64,000 nucleotides of DNA from Malacoraja senta (taxonomy: Eukaryota), in assembly GCA_038087875.1 (NCBI GenBank), contig CM075990.1:5520001-5584000 (forward strand). Reading direction: 5' to 3'. The notes under the pieces are model-generated. The model was not told the DNA's origin. It worked only from the letters and a program-made list of their open reading frames with translations, and made no database searches. The position numbers were made by a program, and so were the translations under genes. Within the stretch, counting starts at the first letter, position 1. The number at the start of each line of letters is the position of its first letter. Below are positions 1 through 12,666 of this stretch, one piece after another.

Positions 1-103
1 CAGGTTGAGACCATCTTCAGACTGAGAGTCAGGGGAGAGGGAAAGGAGAGATATAGACGGTGATATAGAACTGAAAATTCTGTTTTCACTTTGAGGCAAC
101 TTA

Positions 104-422
104 TAGCCCTGTCCCACTGTACGAGTTCATTCAAGAGTTCTCCCAAGTTTGCCCTGATTCGAACTCGGACATTTACGGTAATGGCCGCTCGCAGGTACTC
201 GGGGCTCTCGTGGACATTTTTCAACATGTTGAAAAATCTTCACGAGTTTTCCCGAACTTACCGCGTTTCCCGAGTACCTGCCGTTAGCGTTACGAGCCGC
301 TAAGAGACGTCCCCAAGCTCTGACGTACCCGCTACGTTCATTCTACGTGCTTACCACGAGTTTGATTTTTTTTTTAAACTCGGGAGAGCTCTTCAATGAA
401 CTCGTACAGTGGGACAGGGCTA
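104..422. mobile_element. PIF/Harbinger-like MITE
   Basis: TIRs TAGCCCTGTCCCACTGTACGAGTTCATT... / ...AATGAACTCGTACAGTGGGACAGGGCTA; flanks TTA/TAA; related to 20398-20697. Confidence 0.8.
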
Positions 423-816
423 TAAAAGTTAACAGATTCCAAGAAGTCTAAGGATAGCATCTCACATGCACAGCCAGCCCATAATATGAACCATTGATGT
501 AGAATTTGATAGTTGCTGATCGGCCTACAGATTTGAACAGATAGTCCAAGCATTCAAATGATATCTGAGCACAAAACCGGAATAGTTCAAGTTTAACCAG
601 AGAGGAAGCAAATTAATGATAAAATAGTTTCTCTGTTTAAGCAACACAGAAGGAACTATCTGAAACATGTGATACTGGTGAAAATGGAAAAAGGGGCTGC
701 CTTGTTTTCTGTCTGAGAGAAGCATTGATACAGGCAAAGCGTTGGTAAAAAATAGCACCGCATTTATTAGACCTCAAAAATAACAATTACGATGGAAACT
801 GCTGCAAGTCGAGTAA

Positions 817-1710
817 AGGGCCTGTCCCACTTTCGCGACCTTTACAGGCGACTGTGGTAGGTCGCCGAAATTTTCAACATGTTGAAAATTCAGCAGCGAT
901 GAAAAAGACAATAGACAATAGACAATAGACAATAGGTGCAGGAGTAGGCCATTTGGCCCTTCGAGCCAGCACCGCCATTCAATGTGATCATCCCCAGTCA
1001 GTACCCCGTTCCTGCCTTCTCCCCATATCCCCTGACTCCGCTATTTTTAAGAGCCCTATCTAGCTTTCTCTTGAAAGCATCCAGAGAACCTGCCTCCACC
1101 GCCCTCTGAGGCAGAGAATTCCACAGACTCACCACTCTCTGTGTGAAAAAGTGTTTCCTCGTCTCCGTTCTAAATGGCTTACTCCTTATTCTTAAACTGT
1201 GGCCCCTGCTTCTGGACTCCCCCAACATCGGGAACATGTTTCCTGCCTCTAGCGTGTCCAAGCCCTTAACAATCTTGTATGTTTCAATGGGATCCCCCCT
1301 CATCCTTCTAAACTCCAGAGTGTACAATCCCAGCTGCTCCATTCTCTCAGCATATGACAGTCCCGCCATCCCGGGAATTAACCTTGTAAACCTACGCTGC
1401 ACTCCCTCAATAGCAAGAATGTCCTTCCTCAAATTAGAGGCTACAACTCTTTGGAGACCTCTCATGACCATAGGAGACCTCTCACGACCGTGGTCGTGAG
1501 AGGTCTCCTATGGTCGTGAGAGGTCACCCGCGACATGTCGCCAGGGGTCGCCTGTATGGTCGTGAAAGGTCTCCTACGGTCGTGGGAGGTCTCCAATGAG
1601 TCGTAGTGTCTTTCTGGTCGCCGCTGAATTTTCAGCATGTTGAAAATTTCGGCGACCTATCACGGGTGCCGGCAGTCGCCTGTAAAGGTCGCGAAAGTGG
1701 GACTGGCCCT
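817..1710. mobile_element. Palindromic PIF/Harbinger-like MITE interrupted by a CR1 3' fragment
   Basis: TIRs AGGGCCTGTCCCACTTTCGCGACCTTTACAGGCGACTG and its reverse complement; flanks TAA/TTA; the CR1 sits at aaagac|gctac. Confidence 0.85.
908..1437 (-). mobile_element. CR1 (HER1-like) LINE 3' fragment
   Basis: ORF2 C-terminus LRKDILAIEGVQRRFTRLIPG...FFTQRVVSLWNSLP; (CTATTGT)n tail. Confidence 0.92.
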
Positions 1711-2108
1711 TTACAGGTTTTCAGAGCCCAACAGCTCAGCACTGAGCATGTCCATTTAACCATGTTAGAGGTTATAATCTTGCTCCAGGGTGATAATTTT
1801 GCAACCAAGCGATATACCAAGGTTGGGATCATGACATTTACCTTAGAGATATTAAAACCCAGAAGATGATATTATACTGTCGGGGTAGAGCTGGGTGTGT
1901 GGTGCAGAGGAAAAGACAGCTAAAGTCCCATTGCAGTTCATTGATGTATCCACAGGAATGAAATAGCGGAAGTCATTTGATTTGGATGGGCAAAACAAAG
2001 AAAAACAAAATTAGTTGGTGCCACAGCTTCCTAAACATTGCAAAACTGGAGAAGAGCCAAAGGGTGGTTGTGGCCTTTGCTCTGTAGAGAATGATTAAAT
2101 TAGATTCA

Positions 2109-2636
2109 TTATAGAAACATAGAAACATAGAAATTAGGTGCAGGAGTAGGCCATTCGGCCCTTCGAGCCTGCACCGCCATTCAATATGATCATGGCTGAT
2201 CATCCAACTCAGTATCCTGTACCTGCCTTCTCTCCATACCCTCTGATCCCTTTAGCCACAAGGGCCACATCTAACTCCCTCTTAAATATAGCCAATGAAC
2301 TGGCCTCGACTACCCTCTGTGGCAGAGAGTTCCAGAGATTCACCACTCTCTGTGTGAAAAAAGTTCTTCTCATCTCGGTTTTAAAGGATTTCCCCCTTAT
2401 CCTTAAGCTGTGACCCCCTTGTCCTGGACTTCCCCAACATCGGGAGCAATCTTCCTGCATCTAGCCTGTCCAACCCCTTAAGAATTTTGTAAGTTTCTAT
2501 AAGATCCCCTCTCAATCTCCTAAATTCTAGAGAGTATAAACCAAGTCTATCCAGTCTTTCTTCATAAGACAGTCCTGACATCCCAGGAATCAGTCTGGTG
2601 AATCTTCTCTGCACTCCCTCAATGGCAATAATGTCC
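2109..2636 (-). mobile_element. CR1 LINE 3' fragment
   Basis: QRRFTRLIPGMSGLSYEERL...RVVNLWNSLP; (TTTCTATG)n tail. Confidence 0.92.
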
Positions 2637-3695
2637 TATTGCAAATTATGAATTTGAAATGCTTGCTTGAGCAGCAGCAATTATGATAAAATCAAAAAAA
2701 TTGAGGAAACATTATTTTTAATTGAACAGCAATTAACATTCCTGACAAAAATAAACTTCAGAACAAAAATAACCCCAAACTACTGTTGGTAAATCTATAC
2801 GAGGGGACAATAACCTTTATTAATAAGTTGAGATTAGCCTCATGACCTCAAAGTTAAACTTTAAATATAATGCAGACTTTTCATCAATGTGTGGCTGTAC
2901 TCATGGAAAAGACTATATACTGATTTAGTAAGAAATTACCTGTATGAAGAAATGAAGAATCCAAGTATATCTTAGAATAAAAAGTTGGTCAGCAGCTGGG
3001 TAGAATCAAAAATAATTCATGCCCAGAGCTGTGCCTTTTACTTTAAAGATTTAGAATGGGTGGCCATAACTCTACAAGTTGACACAGGTGGTAGATCATG
3101 TTCGGCACAGACATTGTGGGCCAAAGGGCCTGGTCTTGTGCTATACTTTTTTAGGTTCTGTATTCTATCAGCAGAGAGTCTGAGTTCCCAGGAGAGGCAC
3201 AGGGGAGTTACCTGGTGTGCTACCTGATGCAAGAGTAAACACGTATGGTAACTGAGTCAGGCAATGCTGCTGTGCCAGAAGTGTCCCAGATGTGGATCTT
3301 ACAATCACTCCACTCTTTTATACCTCTCTGCCAACAGCAGCATTTACACTCTCAGACATTCTTTAATTGAACTTTACTGGACTTTATCTTGCGATGAACG
3401 TTATTCCCTTTATCAATGTATCTGTACACTGTGGACGGTTCAATTGTAATCATGTATAGTCTTTCCGCTGACTGGTTAGCACTCAACAAAGTTTTCACTG
3501 TACCTCGGTACACGTGACAATAAACTAAACTGAACTAAAATTGTACCATCGGCTGGCAATGCCCACTGAAAGGAATACTCTGTATTCCCCTCCTGCCAAG
3601 CGAGCTGGAAAGTTCTTGGGGAGAGGATTAGGGGAGACATTCTTCCATGCATGGGTCACGCTGAATGAACCATTCCCGCTTTGACAGCCACCTAA

Positions 3696-5765
3696 AAGCC
3701 CTGTCTCACTGTGCGAGTTGACCCACGAGTGACCTAGAGTGAAAGACTCGTGGATGCGTACGAGACTCCAAGTTTATGATCAAGTGTTTAACCGAGTTCC
3801 CACGGGTATGACTCAAGTTTGCCGTTAACTGTCATTTCTGCGATGTTCCAAGTTCGTCTCCCGAGTTACCAAGTTCCTTTCCCGAGTTACTCTTGAGCCA
3901 ACCTTCAATGAAGGTCTGTTTTAATAAGCAACATCTCCATCCTGCGGCTTTGAGTTAAAGATAGAATTCAGCGCGGCCGCATCTATTGATGTGACCTACA
4001 AAGGGAAAATGCCAGTGCCAGGGCAGTTGTACTGATGATTTGTTTGAAACACACATCACGTAGTTAGAAGATCAGCAGGCGGAGGTTTGCTATATTTTAA
4101 TTGAATTTACTGCCAGGTCTACACACTGCGGGGAGACTGGAGATGAAATCTTTGAATGTGGACGGATGCGCACATCAGATTGTTGGGAGACGGAGCTCAG
4201 GGTTCGCCTCCTGAGCTGCTTTGGTGCCCAGGCGTGAGTTGAGGTGGAGGGAGGTTGGGGGGGGGGGGGGGGTTCAGGTCAAACTCACCCATTTGACAGA
4301 GGCAGATGATTACGAGAATCCAGTGAGACTTGGACTGCATGGAGAGCCGAGACTGCCCCGCTGGTGGCCAACTTCCCCCTGTCCTCCATCGCCGCTCCCA
4401 GCCGGCCGGCAGGAGCTGTGCATGGAGCCCGCCACCTGAGTCGAGTCTGACTGCCTGGGCAGCCTGAGGGAGGCAGATGCACCCTGCCCGGGGAGAGGCC
4501 GCGGAGAGACTGCGGGGGGAGTACCTCACTCTGACTGTGATAGGGAGAGACAGAGGCACACACACACACACACACACACACAGTGTGGAGTTCCTCTGAC
4601 TGACAGACTGTGTGTGGGTGTGGGGGGTGGGACAGAGAGAGAGACACACACACACACACAGGCAGCGTGGAGTACCTTTAACTGTGTGTGTGGGAGAGAG
4701 AGACAGAGGCAGACACACACACACAACAGTGTGTACCTCAGTCTGTGTATGTGTGTGTAGGGGAGAGAGAGACACAGAGACAGTGTGGACCTCTGACTGT
4801 GTATGAAGGAGATGGGGAGAGAGACAGAGAGAGAGAGGCACAGAGGCAGTGTGGTGTACTTCGGCGTGACTGTGGGGGGGAGAGAAAGAGCGCACAGGAC
4901 CTCGGTCTATCTGTGTGTGTGGGAGGGAAGAGAGACTAAGCAGAATACATCGGTCTTATTGTGTGTGGGGGAGAAAGAGAGAGGTGGGGGGGGAAGAGAG
5001 AAATGGGGGAGACGTATATACACACAAAGCAGAGTTTTACTGTGTATGTGGGAGACACAGATGGACTTACACAGATGGACTTACCTCGGTCTTACTGTGT
5101 GTGGGAGAGGGGGAGAAAGAGACGTACACTCACAGAGGCAGAGTCTCTCAGCCTGTGTGAGAGGCAGGGAGGGAGAGAGAGACACTCACACACACAAGGT
5201 GGATGTGAAATCTCACCTGCCTGTTTCAGTGACCGGCACCCGCCGCTAGTGAATGAAGACACCCCCATCTGTCTCCCCCTCCTCTCCCTCCACTCTCCAC
5301 CCTCTCTCCTCCACCCCCCCTCCCTCCTCCAACCCCCCCCGCTCCCTCCTCCAACCCCCCCCCTCCCTCCTCCAACCCCCCACTCCCCCCCAATTTGGAA
5401 ATGTCATCCCATCACCCATTCCTTCTCTCCAGAGATGCTGCCTGCCCGCTGAGTTAAAGAGTTCCCACGGTAAACTCACGAGTCACTAAGGTAAACGCAC
5501 GGGCCACTACGTTCTTACAACGTGTTTAAATGTTTCAAATTTTAACCTCAAGAGTACATTTTACTCGTGGAAAAGTTTAAACATGTTTGAATTTTTCAAG
5601 AGTTAACAAGTGTCACGGGTACCTGCCGTTAGCGCCAAGAGTCGCTAAGTTGCGTCCACGAGTTCCGACGTTCCCGCTACGTTAATCGTACGTGATTACC
5701 ACGAGTTAAATTTGTTTTAAGCTCGGGGTACCTCGTGGGTCAGCTCGCACAGTGAGACAGGGGTT
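3696..5765. mobile_element. 2.07-kb non-autonomous PIF/Harbinger-like TIR element
   Basis: TIRs AAGCCCTGTCTCACTGTGCGAGTTGACCCACGAG / CTCGTGGGTCAGCTCGCACAGTGAGACAGGGGTT; TAA/TAA TSD. Interior has GC-rich and (CA/GA)-rich sequence plus a Penelope-like piece. Confidence 0.8.
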
Positions 5766-6614
5766 TAAGGCTGTGCACTTTGACCATTCCACATCTACAC
5801 GGACAGCTGCACAGATCTGGCAGAAGAATTTGGTACTAAAGAACCAAAAGCCGAGGAATGCTTTCAAAGTGTTTAGCAAAGATAAGATCAATTTGTTCTT
5901 GTACGTAGCCAAGCATGTTTAACTGACCACGTTAGTTTTATTTTTATCCTTACAAACTGCTTTCAAGTGATTTTTCTTCCCCTTCAGCCCCGGAACTCCT
6001 GACCAAGATTCCACATCAACTAAATGTCATGGAATGAAGGGGTTAAAGGTTTGTCTGTGCATCATTTGTCTGGGCGTCAGTTTGTGGCACCTTCTATCCA
6101 CATACTGTAAAAAGCACCTCCTCAGGCATCCCACATTTTCAGTTAACATAAGCAACCAAAAAAGAAAGAAAATGTTGCATCATTTGGCATTGAAAATGTT
6201 GAAGCATATTGCAGGCACGGTCTATCTTGTCCAGTCAACTTGCGACATTATGCTCCATCTATACTGACTGTCTATAGTGAAAGGTACAGCTCTGGGCGTA
6301 CACGTTGGACAATTTATTCCAGGCACAATTACGCTTGCCCCCAATCTCTATGGTCAACTTGCACTGTATGCTCTGTCCATTCCCACCCTCAGTACCACCT
6401 CCCAACCCCACCCTACCTCTCCCTTCAACTGTGGCCAGCTCCCTGCACCACAGTGCATGCAGCCCATCCTGCACATAAGATCAACACCTCCAAATCAGGT
6501 TGAGTCTGCTCACCAAACCCTGGCTGCAAACTGCCCCAAAATAAAGCCCAATTACCCCATTTTATGTGGTGAGAAGTGGTGGTATATGCTGGCTCCGTTT
6601 TGGGGACATTTTAG

Positions 6615-7590
6615 GACACAAAGTGCTGGAGTAACTAAGCGAGTCAGGCAGCATCTCTGGAAAACATGGCTAGGTGGGTCGGGACCCTTCTTCAGACTGG
6701 TTTTTGGGGTCGCGGGAGAAGAAAACTGGAAAAGAGGAGGGCAGGACAAAGCCTGGCAGGTAATGGATGAGGGGGGGACAGGTTTGATAAGACGGATAGT
6801 GAGACAGAGTTGAGAAAACAGAAGGTATAACACCAAACTATCGATTGGTTGCGAATTGTAAAGTCAGTGGAAGCGGTGTAGGTGGAGGGGGAAGGGAGTT
6901 AGTTACGGGAGCCCGTCCAGACGGGGCACTGGGGAAGGTGGGGGGAGAAGAAGTGTGGGGCAGCACGGTGGTACAGAAGTAGAATTGCTGCCTGACAGCG
7001 CTTGCAGCACCAGAGACCCGGGTTCAATCCCGTGTGCTGTCTGTACTGAGTTTGTACATTCTCCCCGTGACCCTCGTGGTTTTCTCCAAGATCTTTGGCT
7101 TCCTCACACACTCCAAAGACATACAGGTTTTGGCTTGGCATAAGTGTAAATTCTCCCTGGTGTGTGTAGGACAGTATTAATGTGTGGGGATCACTGGTCG
7201 GTGCGGACCCGGTGGGACGAAGGGCCTGTTTCCGCGCTGTATCTCTAAACTAAACTAAACTAAGAAAGGGATCTGTGGCGGAAAAAGGGCAGTGAGAAGG
7301 GGGGGGAGTGGGAGGGGGTGAGGGGGGGTGGGAGGGGGTGTGAGGGGGGGGGGGTGGGAGGGGGGTGGAGAGAGGGGGGTGGGAGGGGGGGTGGTTAGAG
7401 GTTAACTGAAATAGGAGATTTCAATGTGCATACCATTGCGTTGTAAGCTACCCAAGTGGAACATGAGGTGCTGTTCATCCAGTTTGTGTGTGGTCTCACT
7501 CTGGCAATGGAGGAGGCCCAGGACAGAAAGTTCCGTATGGGAATGGGAAGAAGAGATCGAGCCCTAGTGTTCAGCGAAACAGTCACAGTC
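6615..7590 (-). mobile_element. Decayed Penelope-like 3' end interrupted by a V-SINE
   Basis: pLTR piece near 6615-6700; GIY-YIG C-terminal remnant near 7395-7590. Confidence 0.65.
6957..7263 (+). mobile_element. V-SINE (HE1-like), full length
   Basis: tRNA-like head with A/B boxes, central V-domain-like segment, (AAACT)n tail. Confidence 0.85.
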
Positions 7591-7945
7591 TGTACTTGAT
7601 GTACAAACTTCCATACTCTGAAGGAAACTGACAGAAACCAGCACAACATAGATGTGAATGTTATTGTAAAGGAAGGCATGAAGAAGAAAACAATCCATCT
7701 TCAAAACATCAAGGCAGTCAAAGAGAGTCAGTGTGGATTTACAAAGTGGAAGTCCTTCAATTATATCAAACGAAACCTGAAAATAGAACTGGGGTCATGC
7801 TGAAGAAATTAAGATGTGCATCCATGCGGTCATTTCTATCAAGTAACAGGCGACAATGACTGACTGCAAACCAGTGCCAAGAAATATTGCATTTTATTGG
7901 ATAGCATGCCAGCTTTCCACAAACTAAGACCAAAAATAATATGTA

Positions 7946-8451
7946 CATAGATACATAGAAAATAGGTGCAGGAGTAGGCCATTCGGCCCTTCGAGCCTGC
8001 ACCGCCATTCAATATGATCATGGCTGATCATCCAACTCAGTATCCCGTACCTGCCTTCTCTCCATACCCCCTGATCCCTTTAGCCACAAGGGCCACATCT
8101 AACTCCCTCTTAAATATAGCCAATGAACTGGCCTCAACTACCCTCTGTGGCAGAGAGTTCCAGAGATTCACCACTCTCTGTGTGAAAAAGTTTTTCCTCA
8201 TCTCGGTCTTAAAGGATTTCCCCCTTATCCTTAAGCTGTGACCCCTTGTCCTGGACTTCCCCAACATCGGTAACAATCTTCCTGCATCTAGCCTGTCCAA
8301 CCCCTTAAGAATTTTGTACGTTTCTATAAGATCCCCGCTCAATCTCCTAAATTCTAGCGAGTATAAGCCAAGTCTATCCAGTCTTTCTTCATATGAAAGT
8401 CCTGACATCCCAGGAATCAGTCTGGTGAACCTTCTCTGCACTCCCTCTATG
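7946..8451 (-). mobile_element. CR1 LINE 3' fragment
   Basis: Intact ORF2 C-terminus at 8037-8441; near-identical to 2109-2636. Confidence 0.92.
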
Positions 8452-8701
8452 TAATGAGTGGAGGGTTAAGAAATAAAACACCAAATATTTACAGAGGATT
8501 TAAAACAATGAAACAGGCTATTGTACTCAGGAAACATGATAATGCACCCACCCAACACCTTCAGTTGTCTCTACCTGGGCCACATCTCATCATCATACTT
8601 AACAATGACTTGGTAAAAATTATAACATTTGCAACTGTTAGATGGTGCAGAATATTATATCAATAGTAACAGTTATTTATACAGCTAAAGCTAGGTAAGA
8701 A

Positions 8702-9007
8702 GGGCGGCGTGGTGGTGTAGCGGTGGAGCTGCTGCCTTACAACGCTTGAGACCCGGGTTCGATCCTGACTACGGGTGCTGGCTGTACGGAGTTTGTACAT
8801 TCTCCTCATGCCCTGCGTGGGGTTTCTCCGGGATCTCCGGTGTCCACCCACACTCCAATGATGTACAGATTTGTAGGCTAATCAGCTTTGGTAAAATTGT
8901 AAATTGTCCCTGGTGTGTGTAGGATAGTGTTAGTGTGTGGGGATGGCTGGTCAGCGCGGACTTGGTGAGCCGAAGTCCGCATTTTATCTCCAAACTAAAC
9001 TAAACTA
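8702..9007 (+). mobile_element. V-SINE (HE1-like)
   Basis: GGGCGGC..GGTTCGATCC head; (AAACT)n tail. Confidence 0.85.
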
Positions 9008-9839
9008 ATGTGGGTAAAATAAGGACAGATTCAGTTTAATATGGAGATTTGTGAGGTCATCCTGCCCAGATCCAAGAAAGAAGAACTGGAACATTTTCAT
9101 AATGGTGAGAAACTGGAAACTCTGCAGGTGAAAGGACACCTGGGTGCCCAGGTGCAGAGATTTTAACGTGTAGTGCACAGCTTGAAAAATGTAATCAGTT
9201 TTTAATCTTGATCTGATTGGATTTAAAATCTTCTTATGCAGTCCACATCACAAGATTAGAAATTGTTCAGCCAGTGCTGAACACACTTCTCGGCATCTGC
9301 ATACAATGGCGTCTTGCGCTACTTGGGCTTCTTGTGCGTAGTGGTGGAAAGATTGGTGGAGACAGGGCTGCGACGTGAACACTCTTTCCGTGACCCCAGA
9401 TTTAAAATGTGCAATGCCTTGGTTTCATAACCATTGATCAGGCTGCATTTGGGACACCTAAGGACACAACGAGCTGGAGTAACTCAGCGGGTCAGGCAGC
9501 ATCTCTGCATCGCTCCCATTACAGAAGTGATGTGGATGCTTTGGAGGGCATAAAGAAGAGGACCAGGGTACAGCCCAGATAATTAACTATTAGGATAAAT
9601 TGGATAAATTAGAAAGACACAAAGTGCTGAAGTAACTCAGCCAGTCAGGCAATATCTCTAAAGACATGGATAGGTGGCGTTTTGGGTCGGGATTCTTTTC
9701 TCCAGCAGTGCTGCCTGACCCGCAAAATTACCCCAGCACTTTGGACTTTTTTTGTAAACCAGCATCTGCAGTTCCTTGTATCTTGGATAAACTTGAATTA
9801 TTTTCTCTGGGGCTTTGGAGGCTGAGGGAAGACCTGTTA

Positions 9840-10257
9840 CATAGAAACATAGGTGCAGGAGTAGGCCATTCGGCCCTTCGAGCCTGCACCGCCATTCAAT
9901 ATGATCATGGCTGATCATCCAACTCAGTATCCTGTACCTGCCTTCTCTCCATACCCCCTGATCCCTTTAGCCACAAGGGCCACATCTAACTCCCTCTTAA
10001 ATATAGGCAATGAACTGGCCTCAACTACCTTCTGTGGAAGAGAATTTCACAGATTCACCACTCTCTGTGTGAAAAAATGATTTTCTCATCTCGGTCCTAA
10101 AAGACTTCCCCCTTATCCTTAAACTGTGACCCCTTGTTCTGGACTTCCCCAACATCGGGAACAATCTTCCTGCATCTAACCTGTCCAACCCTTTAAGAAT
10201 CTTGTAAGTTTCTATAAGATCCCCCCTCAATCTTCTAAATTCTAGCGAGTACAAGCC
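9840..10257 (-). mobile_element. CR1 LINE 3' fragment
   Basis: GLYSLEFRRLRGDLIETYKILKG plus the shared 3' UTR. Confidence 0.9.
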
Positions 10258-11278
10258 TTTGCACATATGGGATGAAAAGGATATTAAGAAATTTTGAAAC
10301 CGTTTAGAAAGGATATTTAGAAACCGTTTTACAATCAAGTTGAAGCACTGAACCAGGCTATTCCGCCCAGGAGACAATATGAGCACAAATGCTCAACACG
10401 TGGGTCAAAACATTCAACATCAGCTCAACACCATCCATAAATCCCAATGTGTACTTATCAACCTTCTTTACTGTTACATCTGTGCTGATCATCTCAACTA
10501 CATTAAGCAGTATGAATCCACTCTGGACACTGACTACTCCATCAAAGAGTCATGGGGTCATAGTTATAGAGTGATACAGTATGGAAACAGGCCCTTCGGC
10601 CCAACTTGCCCACACTGTATTTTTGCTTACAATATTCTATTGTGCTGCAGCAAGCTGGAATCTCATTGTCCTATCTGGGACACATGACAATAAACTCTCT
10701 TGACTTGACTTGACTACACTAGTCCCACCTGCTGGCGTTGGTCCATATCCCTCCAAAACTGTCCTATTCATGTACCTGTCTAACTGTTTCTTAAGCTTCA
10801 TCAGTAGTTTATTCTGTATTTCTTCTGGGACCATCAATGTGTACCCTTTATTTATGATCCAATTAATTTTAATTTATGACTAAGAACAAATAGCCACGAG
10901 ATGAAGAATGTGTCTCAGAGTGGTCTATGCTTAGGCCACCAGAACAGCAATGAATGCGAGTTTTATGATGTGGTTGGAAGAGATTTGCACAAACTTCAAA
11001 ACATCTTTAGCAGAAGAAATCTCACTTCCATTTCACAGAGAATGTAAGAGGAATTTTATCTTTTAATCAGCAGTAGTCATCTGGAAACTTAGCAGTCTAA
11101 TGACAAAATATCTCTTTGTTATTCTGGCTGGTGAATAATCTCTACAATATGGAATGATGGTTGAATAAAGTTCTATTGAAAAACTCTTCAAAGTAAAATC
11201 CGTGCTGAAAATAATGTTGGCAAGTGCACTTTGTATTGTTTAGCAATAATACCAAAGGAATCGCATTTTATCACCTAC

Positions 11279-11444
11279 CTTTGTCAACGGCCTGGCTAAA
11301 TGCAACATAATTGATGTCTCCAGAAGCTGGGTCCCCAAATTTCTTACACAGCAGCCGGAAGTCCATTGGCAACACACTCAGTCCCAAATAATCCAATGTT
11401 CTCTCAAACTGTGATTTGGTCAGAAGTCTTCTATATGCCACTTT
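11279..11444 (-). CDS. EF-hand repeat gene, exon 10 (KVAYRRLLTKSQFERTLDYLGLSVLPMDFRLLCKKFGDPASGDINYVAFSQAVDK)
   Basis: ttaattcaatag acceptor, gtaggt donor, 166 nt, phase 0 to 1. TKSQF and GDINYVAF motifs. Read-through of the donor gives ...DKGR*, so this could also be a terminal exon. Confidence 0.88.
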
Positions 11445-11654
11445 CTATTGAATTAAATATTTTCACAATTAATTGGCCGGGTCATGTATTTCAGAGCACA
11501 GATGGAGTAGATGCAAGCTGACTGATTGGGTATTGGCCTATGCTGTCTCCGGTGTTGACCTGAAAGGTTGAATGGCTGTAATAGGGAAATGTTACAGTGG
11601 GGTTAAATTGATAGCTGTTGAAAAGTGGTGCAGGGACTGCAATGTACAGTTAAA

Positions 11655-12666
11655 CATAGACATAGAAAACATAGAAAATAGGTGCAGGAGTAGGCCATTC
11701 GGCCCTTCCAGCCAGCACCGCCATTCAACATGATCATGGCTGATCATCCAAAATCAGTACCCCATTCCTGCTTTCTCCCCATATCCCTTAATTCCTTTAA
11801 CCCTAAGAGCTAAATCTATCTCTCTCTTGAAAATATCCAGTGAATTGGCCTCCACTGCCTTCTGTGCCAAAGAATTCCACAGATTCACAACTCTCTGGGC
11901 AAAAAAGGTTTTCCTCATCTCAGTTTTAAATGGCCTACCGCTTATACTTAAACTGTGACCCCTGGTTCTGGAATTCCCCCAACATGGGGACACTTTTTTC
12001 TGCATCTAGCCTGCACCAAATTGCACCAAAACATGCAACGCAGCAGTTTTGTAATGCCTACTGATTTGCAGGACTGCTGTGTGCACTCATGGTGTTAGGC
12101 AGCTACCGGCCTCACCAGGAATGGTCAACACCAATTAATGTTGACTCCTTGAAGGGAAGAATTGTTTCTACATCAAGCATAAACCTGAAGATACCGAAGA
12201 ATGGCACCTTGCATAATAGAAAATAGACAATAGACAGTAAGTGCAGGAATATGCCATTCGGCCCTTCGAGCCAGCATGGCCATTCAATGTGATCATGGCT
12301 GATCATCCAGAAACAGTACCCTGTCCCTGCCTTCTCCCTTATCCCCTGACTCCGCTATCTTTAAGAGCTCTGTCTAGCTCTCTCTTGAAAGCATCCAGAG
12401 AACCCGCCTCCATCTGAGGCAGAGAATTCCACAGACTCACAATTCTCTGTCTGAAAAAGTTTTTCCTCATCTCCATTCTAAATGGCTTACCCCTTATTCT
12501 TAAACTGTGGCCCCTAGTTTTGGACTCCCCCAACATCGGGAACATGTTTCCTGCCTCTAGCATGTCCAAACCCTTAATAATCTTAGATGTTTCAATAAGA
12601 TCCCCTCTCATCCTTCTAAATTCCAGAGTACACAAGCCCAGCCGCTCCATTCTATCAACATATGAC
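11655..12666 (-). mobile_element. Two CR1 LINE 3' fragments (about 11655-12012 and 12217-12666)
   Basis: RVVNLWNSL and EFRRMRGDLIET motifs; characteristic 3' UTR and tails. Confidence 0.88.

Noticed and set aside
4197..5489. Long overlapping ORFs (up to 232 aa)
   Set aside because: Products of (CA/GT/GA) and C-rich low-complexity sequence inside a TIR element.
6277..6813. 178-aa ORF
   Set aside because: Runs from unrecognisable sequence into a Penelope terminal repeat; no domain or splice support.
500..11278. Candidate exon 11 of the EF-hand gene (acceptor-like sites near 6105, 2940 and 675; read-through stop at ~11270)
   Set aside because: Each gives only a short peptide with no repeat motif; I cannot choose among them without transcript data.
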